Origin: Octopus sinensis
Lineage: Eukaryota
Direction: 5' to 3'
Assembly: GCF_006345805.1 (NCBI RefSeq)
Contig: NC_043005.1
Coordinates: 64,914,001-64,978,000 of the forward strand
DNA: 64,000 nt
Positions 1 to 14,187 of this stretch are shown piece after piece; within the stretch, counting starts at the first letter, position 1, and each line of letters opens with the position of its first letter. Below the pieces are notes generated by a model. The model was not told the DNA's origin. It made no database searches and was given only the letters and a program-made list of their open reading frames with translations. The position numbers were made by a program, and so were the translations under genes.

Positions 1-162
1 ATTGCCCCCATCTTTAACGTTCTGAGTTCAAATTCCACCGATCTCAACTTTGCCTATCATCCTTTCGGGGATGATGAAATAAATACCAGTAGATCACTGG
101 AGCTGGTGTAATCGACCAGTCCCTCCGCCAAAACTCCAGGCTTTATGCCTATTGTAGACAGA
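1..162 (+). mobile_element. tRNA-derived SINE family A, partial copy cut by the window edge
   Basis: Contains CGTTCTGAGTTCAAATTCC (B-box-like) and TTTGCC..TCATCCTTTCGGGG..AAATACCAGT, matching the fuller copies at 24083-24310 and 36857-37077. Confidence 0.75.
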
Positions 163-720
163 GTTGTTTGATTGCATGCAATTAACCATTGCTAGTTTCA
201 AACATTTCTGGGCGAAATGGAAGTTGAATATAGCGATTTGCTGTGCCACACTGCAGTAAAATAGTTTTAAAACAGTAAATCTATCAATTTTTTTTAAAAC
301 TATGGATTGAAGTTCACGTAATGAGAAAAAATCGTTCACAGCTTCTTCTATTTGCAAATAGGGAATAGCAGCGTAAACTATCATTCCAAACTAATTTATT
401 GAAGCGTCATAACATCTGTCTTCAATTACAAGGCGATTCTCAGTTTATATACTTGGTGAAAGCATTTCAACATAAATTAACTTTGTTTTTCACTCCAAGC
501 TAATGATAATCAAGAAATGACACCTGGTGTAAAGTGGGGAACGAAACACTAATTAGTTGGCTAATTAGTTGAATTTGAATCATGGTAATTGTACATAAAA
601 TTATTATCTCAAATATGTTATTTAGATTGTTCGTAACTGAGATACGAAAACATTTCCTTTTACTTCTAAGATTTTTCTATTACTAACTACAAAAAGAAAG
701 GCAATACATATGCAATATAA

Positions 721-1256
721 AGCAGCGAGCTGGCAGAATCATTAGCAAGTTGGGCAAAATGCTTAGCGGCATTTCATCCATCTTTCATCTTTACGTTCTG
801 AGTTCAAACTCCGCCGAGGTCGACTTTGCCTTTTATCCCTTTCTGAGTTAATTAACACATAAAGTGCGATGATCCACAATCATGGCTGTCAGGCACAGGT
901 CGACAAGCTACGATCGTGGCCCAGACAGATGCATTTAATTTATGGGCATTTGTTGTCACCCAAACGCTCCAATACCCACCAGAATGCAAGAGGACTAATA
1001 GTTCAACTAATGACTTTTCAGATGATGTAAAAATTGCCACCATATATACTAAGAAGATATTTTAACATTTTTTTTTGTTTTTTATGTGTGCATGGTATTC
1101 TCATTTTCATAAAATGTGCTCAGCAGTCCATGCTATTTAAGTGCAAATCCCTGCGCTTTATGGGTTAAATAAGTACCAGTTGAGCTCTGGGGTTGATGAA
1201 ATCGATTTATCCCCTCCCCTGAAGTTGCTGGCCTTGTGCCAAAATTTTAAACCAAT
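721..1256 (+). mobile_element. SINE family A split by a ~310-bp insertion (5' half 721-848, 3' half 1159-1256)
   Basis: The head GCGAGCTGGCAGAATC..GAGTTCAAACTCCGCCGAGGTCGACTTTGCC stops at ~848. The continuation AAATAAGTACCAGTTG..GGCCTTGTGCCAAAATTT resumes at ~1159. Confidence 0.65.
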
Positions 1257-1420
1257 ACATGCACTCACACACACGCGCACACACAGTTTGTAGAAAACAT
1301 ATTTGGAGGAGAAGCACACTTGAAGGTGTCGGAAGTCGATAGCCAATGGCGAAGGGAGATAATCCCATATTGTTTACCTTCGTAGCGTGGCTTTCCCCTC
1401 TCCATATTTTGAAGCGGTCA

Positions 1421-1520
1421 TAGGCCAACAGGTTTTGAGGTTTGACGATATGCCATAAAGCTAAACCCTTTATGGACGGGAAACCCAGGGTAATCCCATA
1501 AACCGGCCTTCCCCATTTTA
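1421..1520 (+). repeat. Dispersed ~100-bp repeat ending at (TA)n, with a hammerhead-like fold (copy 1)
   Basis: Colinear with 7581-7680 (TAGGCCA..CAGG..GCCATAAAG..CTTTATG..GAAACCCAGGGTAA..AACCGGCCTT). Both copies run directly into (TA)n. Confidence 0.75.
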
Positions 1521-1524
1521 ATAT

Positions 1525-1581
<57 letters not shown>

Positions 1582-1582
<1 letters not shown>

Positions 1583-1949
1583 CTATATATAAACGGCAGT
1601 TTGTCTGTGTGTGTTTCTGTGTGTCTGTTAGGTTGTACCCTCACCCTGACCACGGCTTTCAACCGATTCTGATGAAACTTAACACACACATAGCCCAATG
1701 TCATAATTCAAAACTAACGCAGCGAAAATTTTGAAAAGTTCCCCCAGTTCTGAAAAAAATCGATAAATTCGACATGGGGTCGAGAATCAGAAACACAAAA
1801 CCACAGACTATCTAGGGGACGCAACTCGACCTTTTTGACTAAAAAAAAATTTACCATCATTTTTTTTCCAGTTTTTGGCTATAACTCTCTAAAAATGCTT
1901 TATAGTTATTTCCCTTACAAACCCAAGCAACGCTGGGCGATACTGCTAG
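1582..1949 (+). mobile_element. Non-autonomous Helitron
   Basis: A|TCTATATATAAA 5' end, GC-rich subterminal hairpin (CCCAAGCAACGCTGGG) and CTAG|T 3' end. Inserted between A and T with no TSD. Confidence 0.85.
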
Positions 1950-2246
1950 TATATATATATATATACAACACATTTCTGGGTTTATGCAATAACTATCCCA
2001 GTTCCCAATCTTTATAGTTTTGTTTATTCGGAAATATTTTTTCGGATTTCTGTTTTAAATATTGAACATTTCGATTGTATAAAAAGAAAAGTTATTCTCC
2101 AGTTCAGTTTAACTCATCCATTTCCTTTCCCTGTGTGACCCTCTTAACACTAGACTCTATTTCTTAACAACTCTAAAGCTTTAACCACAAATCTAATTTT
2201 TCTTGCAGGATTGCAATCGTTTATGCTTAATACCGCTTATCCTTTT

Positions 2247-2622
2247 CTTCTTTCAGTCATTGTAATGCGGCGGCCATGTTGAGACACTATCTTGAAAGAT
2301 TAGTCGAATAAATTGACCCCCCCATACTTACTTCTTAAAGTCTGATCTCGTTTGTCGAACTGCTAAGTTATGGGAACGTAAACAAGCCATTACCAGTTGT
2401 TAAACGATGGATGGAGGACGTATACAAACACACACACACACACACACACACACCGCACATACACATGACGGGCTTATAGATGGTCTCAGTCTACTAAATC
2501 CACTGACAAGGCTTTGGTCGGCTCAATGTAATTGTAGAAAACGCTTGCCCAATGTGCTGCGCTGTGAAAGTGAACTACAAATCCATGGTTGTAAAGTGAG
2601 CTTCTTAACCACACAGTTATGT
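2247..2622 (-). mobile_element. tRNA-derived SINE family B, diverged, with central (CA)n
   Basis: Reverse complement of the family head GTGGCTGTGTGGTAAG..CTTGGGCAAG..CCGACCAAAGCCTTGTGAGTGGATTTGGTAGAC and tail CAGCATGGCCGCAGTC; matches 53327-53700. Confidence 0.75.
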
Positions 2623-2907
2623 TTGGAATAAAATACCAAAAACGGAAAAGGTACCGATGGTTGTGTACTCCGAAAGGGAGGAAAAAATGGAAGTTAAAAA
2701 CTTTTCAGTATCACTAAATTTTTCCCTTAATAATAATATAATAGAAATATTTGGCAAATTAGGTTTGTATTGCACAGCACGGCCAAAATACTTTGTTTAA
2801 TCGTATTATCTATTTGAAATATATGTTTTCCAACAGCATTGACTGTTCAAGAATAGATCAAGCTGTTTCTGAGAAAAGAAAGACAAATTTAGCCCTAACA
2901 CACTGTA

Positions 2908-5708
<2,801 letters not shown>

Positions 5709-6480
5709 TATCTATCTATCTATCTATCATTTTTCTGTATTTGCCTGTTTGTCTGTCTGACTATGTTTGTATCTGTCTGTCTTTCTGTCTCTCTGTCTGT
5801 CTCTGTCTGCCTGTCTATCTATCTGTTATACGTACATGTATATAAACACAGAACATTGATTAAAATTACATGGTTTCTTTCTGAAACAATACCTATGTGC
5901 CTTTTATTTACTCGTTTTACTTGTTGGAAGAGACAGTGCCTCATGACCTTCGCAGATTTTTCTAGAAGAGTGTAATTGGTGCCTTTAGTATTCCTCTTAA
6001 ATGGTTGTAACTAAACATCAGCGAGAAACTGAGCACGAACGGAATTGCCGACGTTCTGGGGAAAGAAATTGGGTTTGGCGATAATGGTGGAATCTGTTGG
6101 GCTGGAAACAACAAGGGTATGAATGTGTGTGTGTGTGGGTGTGTGTGTACGTGCGTGCGTGTGTGCACAAGCATGTGCACGCGCGTGTGTGTATGCTGGC
6201 GACATTTAAAACTATCCATTACATAAATGACTGTGTATAACTTTCCTGTGTTGATAGAGCAATAAGAAACCAAATTATGGCATTTTGAGGGTTTTCAGGG
6301 CCCAGAAATGCATCGGAACTTATTTTAGGCTCAAGAGTGTGTGTTTGAAAATATATTAGAGGAAGAGTTTTACTGCCACGATGTTCTGTTTTCTGTTTTA
6401 AAATCGTGTAACGTACAACAAACAGATAACTCAACCACTTTTTCTGTTGTGGAAAATCAAAAGACAAAACAAAACATCTG

Positions 6481-6797
6481 TCTAACACCCGTGGACATGT
6501 TTACAAAGTCAGAAAACAGCACAGCTCCCATGACTTTCGGAAACATTTTTTCACGCTGAGAGTGGCTGAAGCATGGAACAAACTGCCGGCATCAGTTGCT
6601 AGTTGTCGGAGCATTGCATCCTTCAAAACTTCCATGCTTCCTGAGATTCGCGCCAACACTACACCTGATTTTCTCCCCTCCATACACACGCAAGCATGTA
6701 TCTGACTCATACACTGTTCACTTTCCAGACATTTCTCCATTACTGTATATGCTTTATACACACTTTTGACAAGTTGTGGTGCACCTGAGCACTGTAT
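6481..6797 (+). mobile_element. CR1-clade LINE 3' end (RT C-terminus plus 3' UTR)
   Basis: The frame from 6481 gives SNTRGHVYKVRKQHSSHDFRKHFFTLRVAEAWNKLPASVASCRSIASFKTSM, the typical CR1/L2 TRGH..FF..RV..WN.LP..FK motif. The element is 5' truncated. Confidence 0.85.
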
Positions 6798-7348
6798 ACA
6801 ATAATTTCATTATTCTTATAAAAGCCGAAAAGAAGGAAAACCGGAAAAACAAATTCATGATTTCTTTCTAAATTTGCTCAAGGCACTTTGAAGATACAGT
6901 CTCAACAATGTTTATTAGACCTCGATGAAAAGGAAAAAAACAACACTTATCTTTGACAACCATTTAAAACTGCATCAACGAAGAACTTTCACCTAATCTT
7001 CTATCTGAAATATTGACCTGCCATCAAATGACATGCTAAAGGACATACAAGAGAGAAAACATGAGCGGCTTATATAAATGTCTTCCAGACAAAGGATTTA
7101 TTTATCTAAAAGCCTTTGTTCAAGGTTAGCTTTTTTATGTGAGAAGATATTTTCGAAGATAAACTACATTAAATCTGTTTATAAGTCAATGATACCTGAA
7201 GCCACATGCAGACTCTTTTCAGTAGAGACACCGCCAAACTGTATTACAGTTTGACAATATTTTGTCTCCGACAGAGCTTCAAGACTTATGGACATCATGC
7301 ATTAAGTATAAAACATTTTTCTTCAATGAGTATTGTGTGTGTGTGTGT

Positions 7349-7389
<41 letters not shown>

Positions 7390-7580
7390 ATGCGTGTGCG
7401 TATCAGTCTATTTCTCTCTCTTTCTCTCCACACACACGCAGATACATATATGTGTATGTATATGTGTGTGTCTATACATACTTGCTTACATATTACATCT
7501 CTTCGAAAATCAAAGGAAAAGAGGATATCTATGGACAACTGCTTCGAAACAGATTGTTTATATCTGTATCGTTTCCTCCC

Positions 7581-7676
7581 TAGGCCATCAGGTCTTAGGG
7601 TCAGAAGATACGCCATAAAGGTGCACTTTATGACCAGAAACCCAGGGTAACCCTTTCAACCGGCCTTCACCTGTAA

Positions 7677-7680
<4 letters not shown>
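7581..7680 (+). repeat. Dispersed ~100-bp repeat ending at (TA)n, with a hammerhead-like fold (copy 2)
   Basis: Colinear with 1421-1520. Confidence 0.75.
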
Positions 7681-7750
<70 letters not shown>

Positions 7751-7795
7751 GAAATATGTTACAAAAAGAAAATATAAAATACACGTGGAGATGTA

Positions 7796-7941
7796 AGGGT
7801 AAAATATGAAAAATCAACGAAAATGTTCATTGTAAATAAAAAAAAGGCTTTTTATGACTATATATTTGTCGTTACCTGTCATAAAAAGCCTCTTTTTAAT
7901 TTACAATGAGCATTTTCGTTGAGTTTTCATATTTTACCCCT
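7796..7941. repeat. Imperfect inverted repeat, ~63-bp arms and ~19-nt spacer, next to (TA)n
   Basis: AGGGTAAAATATGAAAA..GGCTTTTTATGAC versus GTCATAAAAAGCC..TTTTCATATTTTACCCCT. Confidence 0.9.
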
Positions 7942-9516
7942 ATATATATATATATATAATACAAATAAGAAAATGGAGAAACAATTTAGCTGGTTCATCA
8001 GCTTTCGGATATTAGAATGTTGAAACACACACACACACACACGCAATTCTCTTTTTGCACGGTTCTGAAATAACACGGTCCAACAAAAAGAGCCGATTAT
8101 TTTTTGGCCCTATTTTTTTTTTTTCAACAGGGTTTGAACATCTGTCCTTGAGTGACCACCGAATTTATTGCTAGTGGCAACTAAACGTTTAAGTAACATC
8201 AATCAATTATAATTTACATGCAAACTGGGTTCTGTCTGTTTCTCTCCTTATGCTTTTTCGTTTTTTCTTTTAGCGTTTTGGGTTTTTGTCTTTTTGCTTG
8301 TCCCTCCTGTTAACTTTCGATATCAGGACATCAGTTTTCCTGGCTGTGCCAGTTTTTTGTTTGACACTGTTTATCACCACGTTCCCGCTTTGACTATTCT
8401 TATCACAGCTGTCGCTGCTGTCAGTGTTATTTTGCAGGTTCTTTTTCAGTGCTGTTTTTGGGGTCAGTGATATTTGCAGGTTCATTTTTTCATACTGTCT
8501 GTTTGTCCTTTATTGGATTCCAGGCATGCAGGGTCGTCATTGAGCACTCCTGTCTTCTTCCTTATATCTTCCAGAAAGTTGATAAACGGCTTGACAAGAG
8601 CACATAGGAGCGTATGAACTCTTGTTTCGTCCAAGCAATCTGTGCCATGGACCTATGGTAACCATAGCTTTTCAAGGCCGCCGCTATCAGGTCGTTGAAT
8701 GGAGAACCCTCGCTCATGCCCCATCCTTGATTAAAGAGACGGAGCTCTTTGAACAGCCAATTTCAACGCATCTTTTGTATTTTGCTTGCCTGAATCTGAT
8801 TGTATGAATTTGCGGTTGATGGTGTCCGTCTGTTGATTTTTATAGAATAAAGATGAGAGAGAGAGAGAAAGGAATTGTTCAGAGAGAGAGTAACGGGGAG
8901 TTTGCGAGAGTGATACGGAAGTTTGTGTCGAAGAGATAGAGAAAGGAAAGTTCAATAAGAGATGGAATTTGAGACAAGGAGTCTGAAACAAGTGGTGTCG
9001 TTATGTGTAGGAGAGAAATAAGGTGGTTTATAATGGGGTGGGAGAAAGCGAGAAAGAAAGGTATCGTAGATGTTTCAGAAATACTGTACTTTACATCGGT
9101 GCAAAAAGAAATCGAAATATATAACTTTAGGTACGCCCAGAGAGCGCGGGAGAGAGAAAGAATGTTTCAGGAGAGAATGTAAGAGTCTAAACAATGTGCA
9201 GCCTAACGGACGTCCAGAGAGAAGGAGAGAGGGAATGTTTAATAGTGTGCAACGAGAGAAAGAAATGTTTAATTAGAGAATGTAAAAGATTCTAAATAAT
9301 GTGCAACTTTACGGACGTCCAGAAAGGAGGGCGAGAGAGAGAGAGAGAGAGAGAGATATGGTGATGTTATGCAATGAAAAAGGGATTCAAGAGAAGGTGG
9401 AAGCAAGAGAGAAAATGGTATCGTTTAATTAGGTACAGGTATCTAAATATATAACTAGGAACGTTCGGAAAGAGAAAGAGACAATGTTTAAAGAATCGAA
9501 ACATTTTTATCTAATA

Positions 9517-9910
9517 CTAGCAGTATCGCCCGGCGTTGCTCGGGTTTGTAAGGGAAATAACTATATAAGCATTTTTAGAGAGTTATAGCCAAAAGAATAG
9601 CAAAAAAATGCATTAAAAATGGAAAAAAAAATGGTAAATTTTTTTTAAATCGTTGACTCATCGTAGACATTTTTAGAGAGTTACTTCCCTTATATAATAG
9701 CGAAAAATGCATTAAAATGGAAAAAAATGATGGTAAATTTTTTTTTAAATCGTAGACTCATCGTAGACGCGCGCTAATACCCAGAAGGGCTCGATATCAA
9801 TCACGACTATATGATACCCGGTTTTGGTTAAACTGCACCGCAAAATATGGGAGTAGCTAGGAATCTAAATCTAAATCGTAGACACACAACTTGACTTTTA
9901 TATATAAAGA
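9517..9910 (-). mobile_element. Non-autonomous Helitron with an internal ~107-bp tandem duplication
   Basis: Plus strand A|CTAGCAGTATCGCCCGGCGTTGCTCGGG (3' hairpin and CTAG) through TTTTATATATAAAGA (5' TC end). Near-identical to 22638-23030. Confidence 0.85.
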
Positions 9911-10224
9911 CTAGGAGAGTTTAAGAAAACAGTGGAAGAAAGAAAGAAGATACGGAATCGAAGTAATAAACGTTAAGAATCGAAAAATATTTATTTAACA
10001 AAAGGAAAGTTTAAAAAGAGAGTGGAAAAGAAGTTAAAGGATAACCCATTAAAAATGGATTTGTTCCGTTGTCATTTCTGTTCTATTTAAAACAAAACTG
10101 TCCGACGAACGGGAACGTGAAACTGAGCAACAGCTTTTGTTATATTTCTGCTGCTTTTAAATAAAGCATATTACTCTAGCTCTGGTATTTGAGTACTCTT
10201 TTTCCACCTTGTTTCACATTTATA

Positions 10225-10256
<32 letters not shown>

Positions 10257-10543
10257 CTTTACACGCACACACACATATATGTATATAAACAGATGTATAT
10301 ACACACACACATATGTATACATATACTTATATATATGTGTGTGTGTGGTGTCGCAATGGCCCAGTGGTTAGCTGAACTAACTTGTTTTAGCATTTTTTGC
10401 TAAAACAGGTCAGTTCATCTCAAATTCTTTGTAAGCTTCTAAATATATATCCTTCTGTATATATATATAATAAAATATTAGGAAATAAATCCAAACTTAC
10501 AGGGAAAAATCAGATTTAGGATTGAATCCAATTTATAGTAAAA

Positions 10544-10685
10544 TATTATATTATATTAAATTAGAGATAAAACCACTATTAGGCAAATCAAACAATGAAA
10601 AACTTAAGCCAATGTATTGGCTTAAGTTTTTCATTGTTTGATTTGCCTAATAGTGGTTTTATCTCTAATTTAATATAATATAATA
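10544..10685. repeat. Perfect palindrome, 70-bp arms and 2-nt loop
   Basis: 10544-10613 is the exact reverse complement of 10616-10685 (centre AAGCCAAT-GT-ATTGGCTT). The surrounding insert is flanked by (TA)n. Confidence 0.95.
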
Positions 10686-10748
10686 ATATATATATATATA
10701 TATATTATTGGTGAATTGAAGAAATGGAGCTGAACGCAATATATATAT

Positions 10749-10786
<38 letters not shown>

Positions 10787-10790
<4 letters not shown>

Positions 10791-11005
10791 ATGTGACTTT
10801 ATGAGTACCGCTGGCGATTTTTTTTCCGCTGTCTTCCCTTCTCGGGATCTTTCCTTCTCCTATATTTCCGACGAAGAGCTCCGCTCGAAACGTTAAACCC
10901 TCCTTCTTCCCTTTTTTCCTGAGCGTCCAATAATACTTTATTTGTTCCACGTCCTCGCGTTGTTATGTTTTTTTGTTTTTTTTTATTTTCTTGTTTGGAT
11001 TAACT
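10787..11005 (+). mobile_element. ~220-bp (TA)n-flanked insert, probably a Penelope-like terminal-repeat fragment, with a hammerhead-like motif
   Basis: TTT-CCGACGA-A-GAGC-TCC-GCTC-GAAACGTT-AAA at 10865-10897. Ends TTAACT like 54871-55058. Shares CCTGAGCG with the 3' end of the Penelope-like element near 51705. Confidence 0.6.
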
Positions 11006-11439
11006 ATATATATATATATAATGGCGGTGCCCCAGCATGGCCACAGCTCATTAGCTGAAACTGGAAAAATCAAATCAAAATCAAAATCATGTATGTATGT
11101 ATGTATATATATACTACCAAACAAATATGTTTATTGAACTCCTAATATTTATCTTGAACTCCTAATACTTTTTGTTTAATATATTCTCAAGATATTTCCT
11201 TGTAAACTGTTTTTAACATTTTCTTATTATTATCAAAGAATGTATATATGTATTTTATGCTTTTGTGACAACTAGTAATTAACACAACAAAGCTTATACA
11301 AAGCGTTCAGATTTTACTTTTGACAATCTTTTTCTAAAAATTGAAACCGTCCAAGTAAATAAACATTTTAAAAATAGCATTTTCAAACCTCCTATCATAT
11401 ACATTACCACTTGTGTGGTACCTTACAACTTCATATTGT

Positions 11440-11653
11440 TATAAATAATATATGTATATATATATATATTATATATATATTATATATATATATATATATA
11501 TGCATGCATATATGTCTACATATTACATGTGCATCTATACATATACATGTATATATATACTTCTATATATATACATGTAAAATTTGAATGAAATTGGTTG
11601 TGTAGTTCTCGAGTTTTAGGGATTTACACAGACACATACATTCTCATCTTTAT

Positions 11654-11689
<36 letters not shown>

Positions 11690-11733
11690 ATATAATTATA
11701 TAATATATATATATATACATATAAATATATACA

Positions 11734-11765
<32 letters not shown>

Positions 11766-11775
11766 CTATATATAT
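11440..11775. repeat. Degenerate (TA)n-rich microsatellite; similar compound tracts at 12410-12780, 21240-21362, 48993-49133 and 52408-52503
   Basis: Read directly. These tracts account for many spurious YI/HT/CV ORFs. Confidence 0.95.
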
Positions 11776-12693
11776 AAGAATGAATGTTTTTATATATATG
11801 AACGTGAAATACAGGAAGGGACGAACACGGAACACAGACAATCATTCGAAGCCTTCAATCTTCAGTCAGACACCGAATCATCATAGCAAATTTCGGCTGT
11901 TCAATTCTGATATTTGCTCCAACTCGGCCAGCCCCAAGAAAAAAAACTAAGCTGTAAGCATTAGATTTCTTGGTAGAAGACAGGAATGTGAACGCACAAG
12001 ACGGATGTGAATACAAGAGACGAAAACGAAATTGAAAACAGTAATGAATAAACAAAATATATATAACGGTGGTTGTCATACGACTTTAGACCAAATGAGA
12101 CAAAAACAACAACAACAACATAGCTGGCGTAGAAATAATTACCGTTTCGGTAGCGGGGACACATGTTTGTCGAGATACGAAGGCCAACAGAATGGTTTAA
12201 GAAGCAGCAGGTCGCAGGAGAGAGAGAAAGAGAGACAGAGAGAGAGGGAATCAAAGAGGGTGGAGGCAGGGGAAAGAATCAGTGACCAAGAGAAAAGGAG
12301 AAAGAAGGATTAAGGAGGATGGGAGGAAGAGGGGAGGAGGATGGGAGGAAGAGAGGGGAAGAATCGGAGGGCGCCAAAAAGTTTGGTGAGAAGCAATGGC
12401 GGGTAGGAAATACATATATATAATACATATATATACATATATATATATATATATACATGTATATATACATACATATACATATATATATATACTTATACAT
12501 ATACTTATATATATCTTTATATATATATTATATATATATACTTATATATATACATATATATATATACATATACATATACTTATACATATACTTATATATA
12601 ACTTTATATATATATATATACTTATAAATGTATATACTGATATATATATAATATATACATATATATATACTTTTATATATATATATAATTATC

Positions 12694-12781
<88 letters not shown>

Positions 12782-13760
12782 CATATCAGTTGAATAAAGT
12801 TACAACACGGTCTGGTTTTTATGCTTTGTGTATTACAGTATAAAATTTTTTTTTTTACAATGTCGAAAAGTGTTGAAAATCTTAAAAAAATTTTTTTTAC
12901 TGCAATAATAAAAAACGGTAAAACTAAACCATGTAAGAAATTTGGAAATACACACACACACATATATATACATATGAACACACACACACTCATTCATACA
13001 TAAATATATTATATACATAGACGAAGTACAAGTGTTATTCATTCTTTACACCACACTGTTCTTTGTGTTGTATTATTTTGCTCTTTGAATCCATTCATAT
13101 ATTGTATAGTTCCTTAGCAAAATAAAGTATTTTTTATTGACAAGACTAACCAATGTTTTGTTATTAAGAAACACCTACTCTTATGGTTATTCTTTATAAT
13201 CACCTGTGACAAACAATTATTTTATTCTGTATTAACACTTGAAAGAAAAACCATAATTACAACAAAATGTTTCTATAGCTTTGCATGATCATAGTTTCAC
13301 TTTTCGTTCGTTTTGGTCTGCAAAAATGTTCGCTGAATTCTGGTCTACAGTATAATGATAATGTTCCGCTTTATTTTCATTGTTATACAGGTGGCAATAG
13401 ATTTGATCAGATGGCACGTAGACTCACTACTGCGAAGTGAGGGAATCTTTGTTAGGCAGAATTAAGCTTCCCGTATAACTCCTCATAAGTTTTGTAATAT
13501 TTTGAAATTTTCAGAAAACGCTGCGAATATCTCTTCTACACAAAGGATAGCGGTTCATTGAAAGAGGCCGAGAGAATAAGTACTAAGCTTAAAAGAATTT
13601 TCCAAGGCTATGCCCTGGTATGGCTTCAGTCTCACGACTGAAACAAATAAAAAATGAAAGACAATCGTGCGAATTCCCATGTGCAGAACACATATTCGCA
13701 AAGGTTTTCTGAAAATTCCAAAATATTAAAAAATTATGAAGGGCCATATGGGGTACTTAA

Positions 13761-13978
13761 CCCTTTTGATACCAGCCTGGCTGAAATTGCCTCTAGCTCT
13801 GTAGTACAAATGTCTTGTTTTCATAAGTTTTGGATTAAAATCTTCCACCAAACCTTAGTCATAATTTATGTTCATAGCACTAGTTTAATGGTAACTAAGT
13901 TATTTTACTAAATTTTTTGTTATTTTAAAAATTGAAAGAAACACAAAGCATCTCAACAGAAATATGGTAACGAACGGG
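13761..13978. mobile_element. piggyBac-type MITE (TTAA TSD)
   Basis: TTAA|CCCTTTTGATACCA .. TGGTAACGAACGGG|TTAA: imperfect TIRs starting CCC, with TTAA duplicated at 13757-60 and 13979-82. Confidence 0.8.
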
Positions 13979-14027
13979 TTAAAGTAGAATTCCACTCTTT
14001 GTTGATTACAGTGTGTGTGTGTGTCGC

Positions 14028-14187
14028 CCCCTTCAGTCATGAATGACCATGAGATTGCACCTCCTCCGGGGCACAATCCGGCAAGGTTGTTTATGGAAGA
14101 CCAGCAGTCGCCCACGCATACCAGCCTCCCCTCTTCATGCCACCGATGTTATCCAAAGGCCGATACAACTTGGCACCAGTGACGTCG
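14028..14187 (-). mobile_element. SINE family D, 3' half
   Basis: Reverse complement of 34370-34565 (GGTGCCAAG.TGTATCGGCC..GCGACTGCTGG..TTCCATAAACAACCTTGCC). Confidence 0.8.

Noticed and set aside
8990-9500. GA-rich region with ~104-bp degenerate internal repeats
   Set aside because: Low-complexity, decayed tandem duplication with no coding or structural signal I can support.
11826-11880. Minus-strand CTGAAGA..CGAA hammerhead-like string
   Set aside because: No A15.1 after GAA and no complementary stem I could be drawn.
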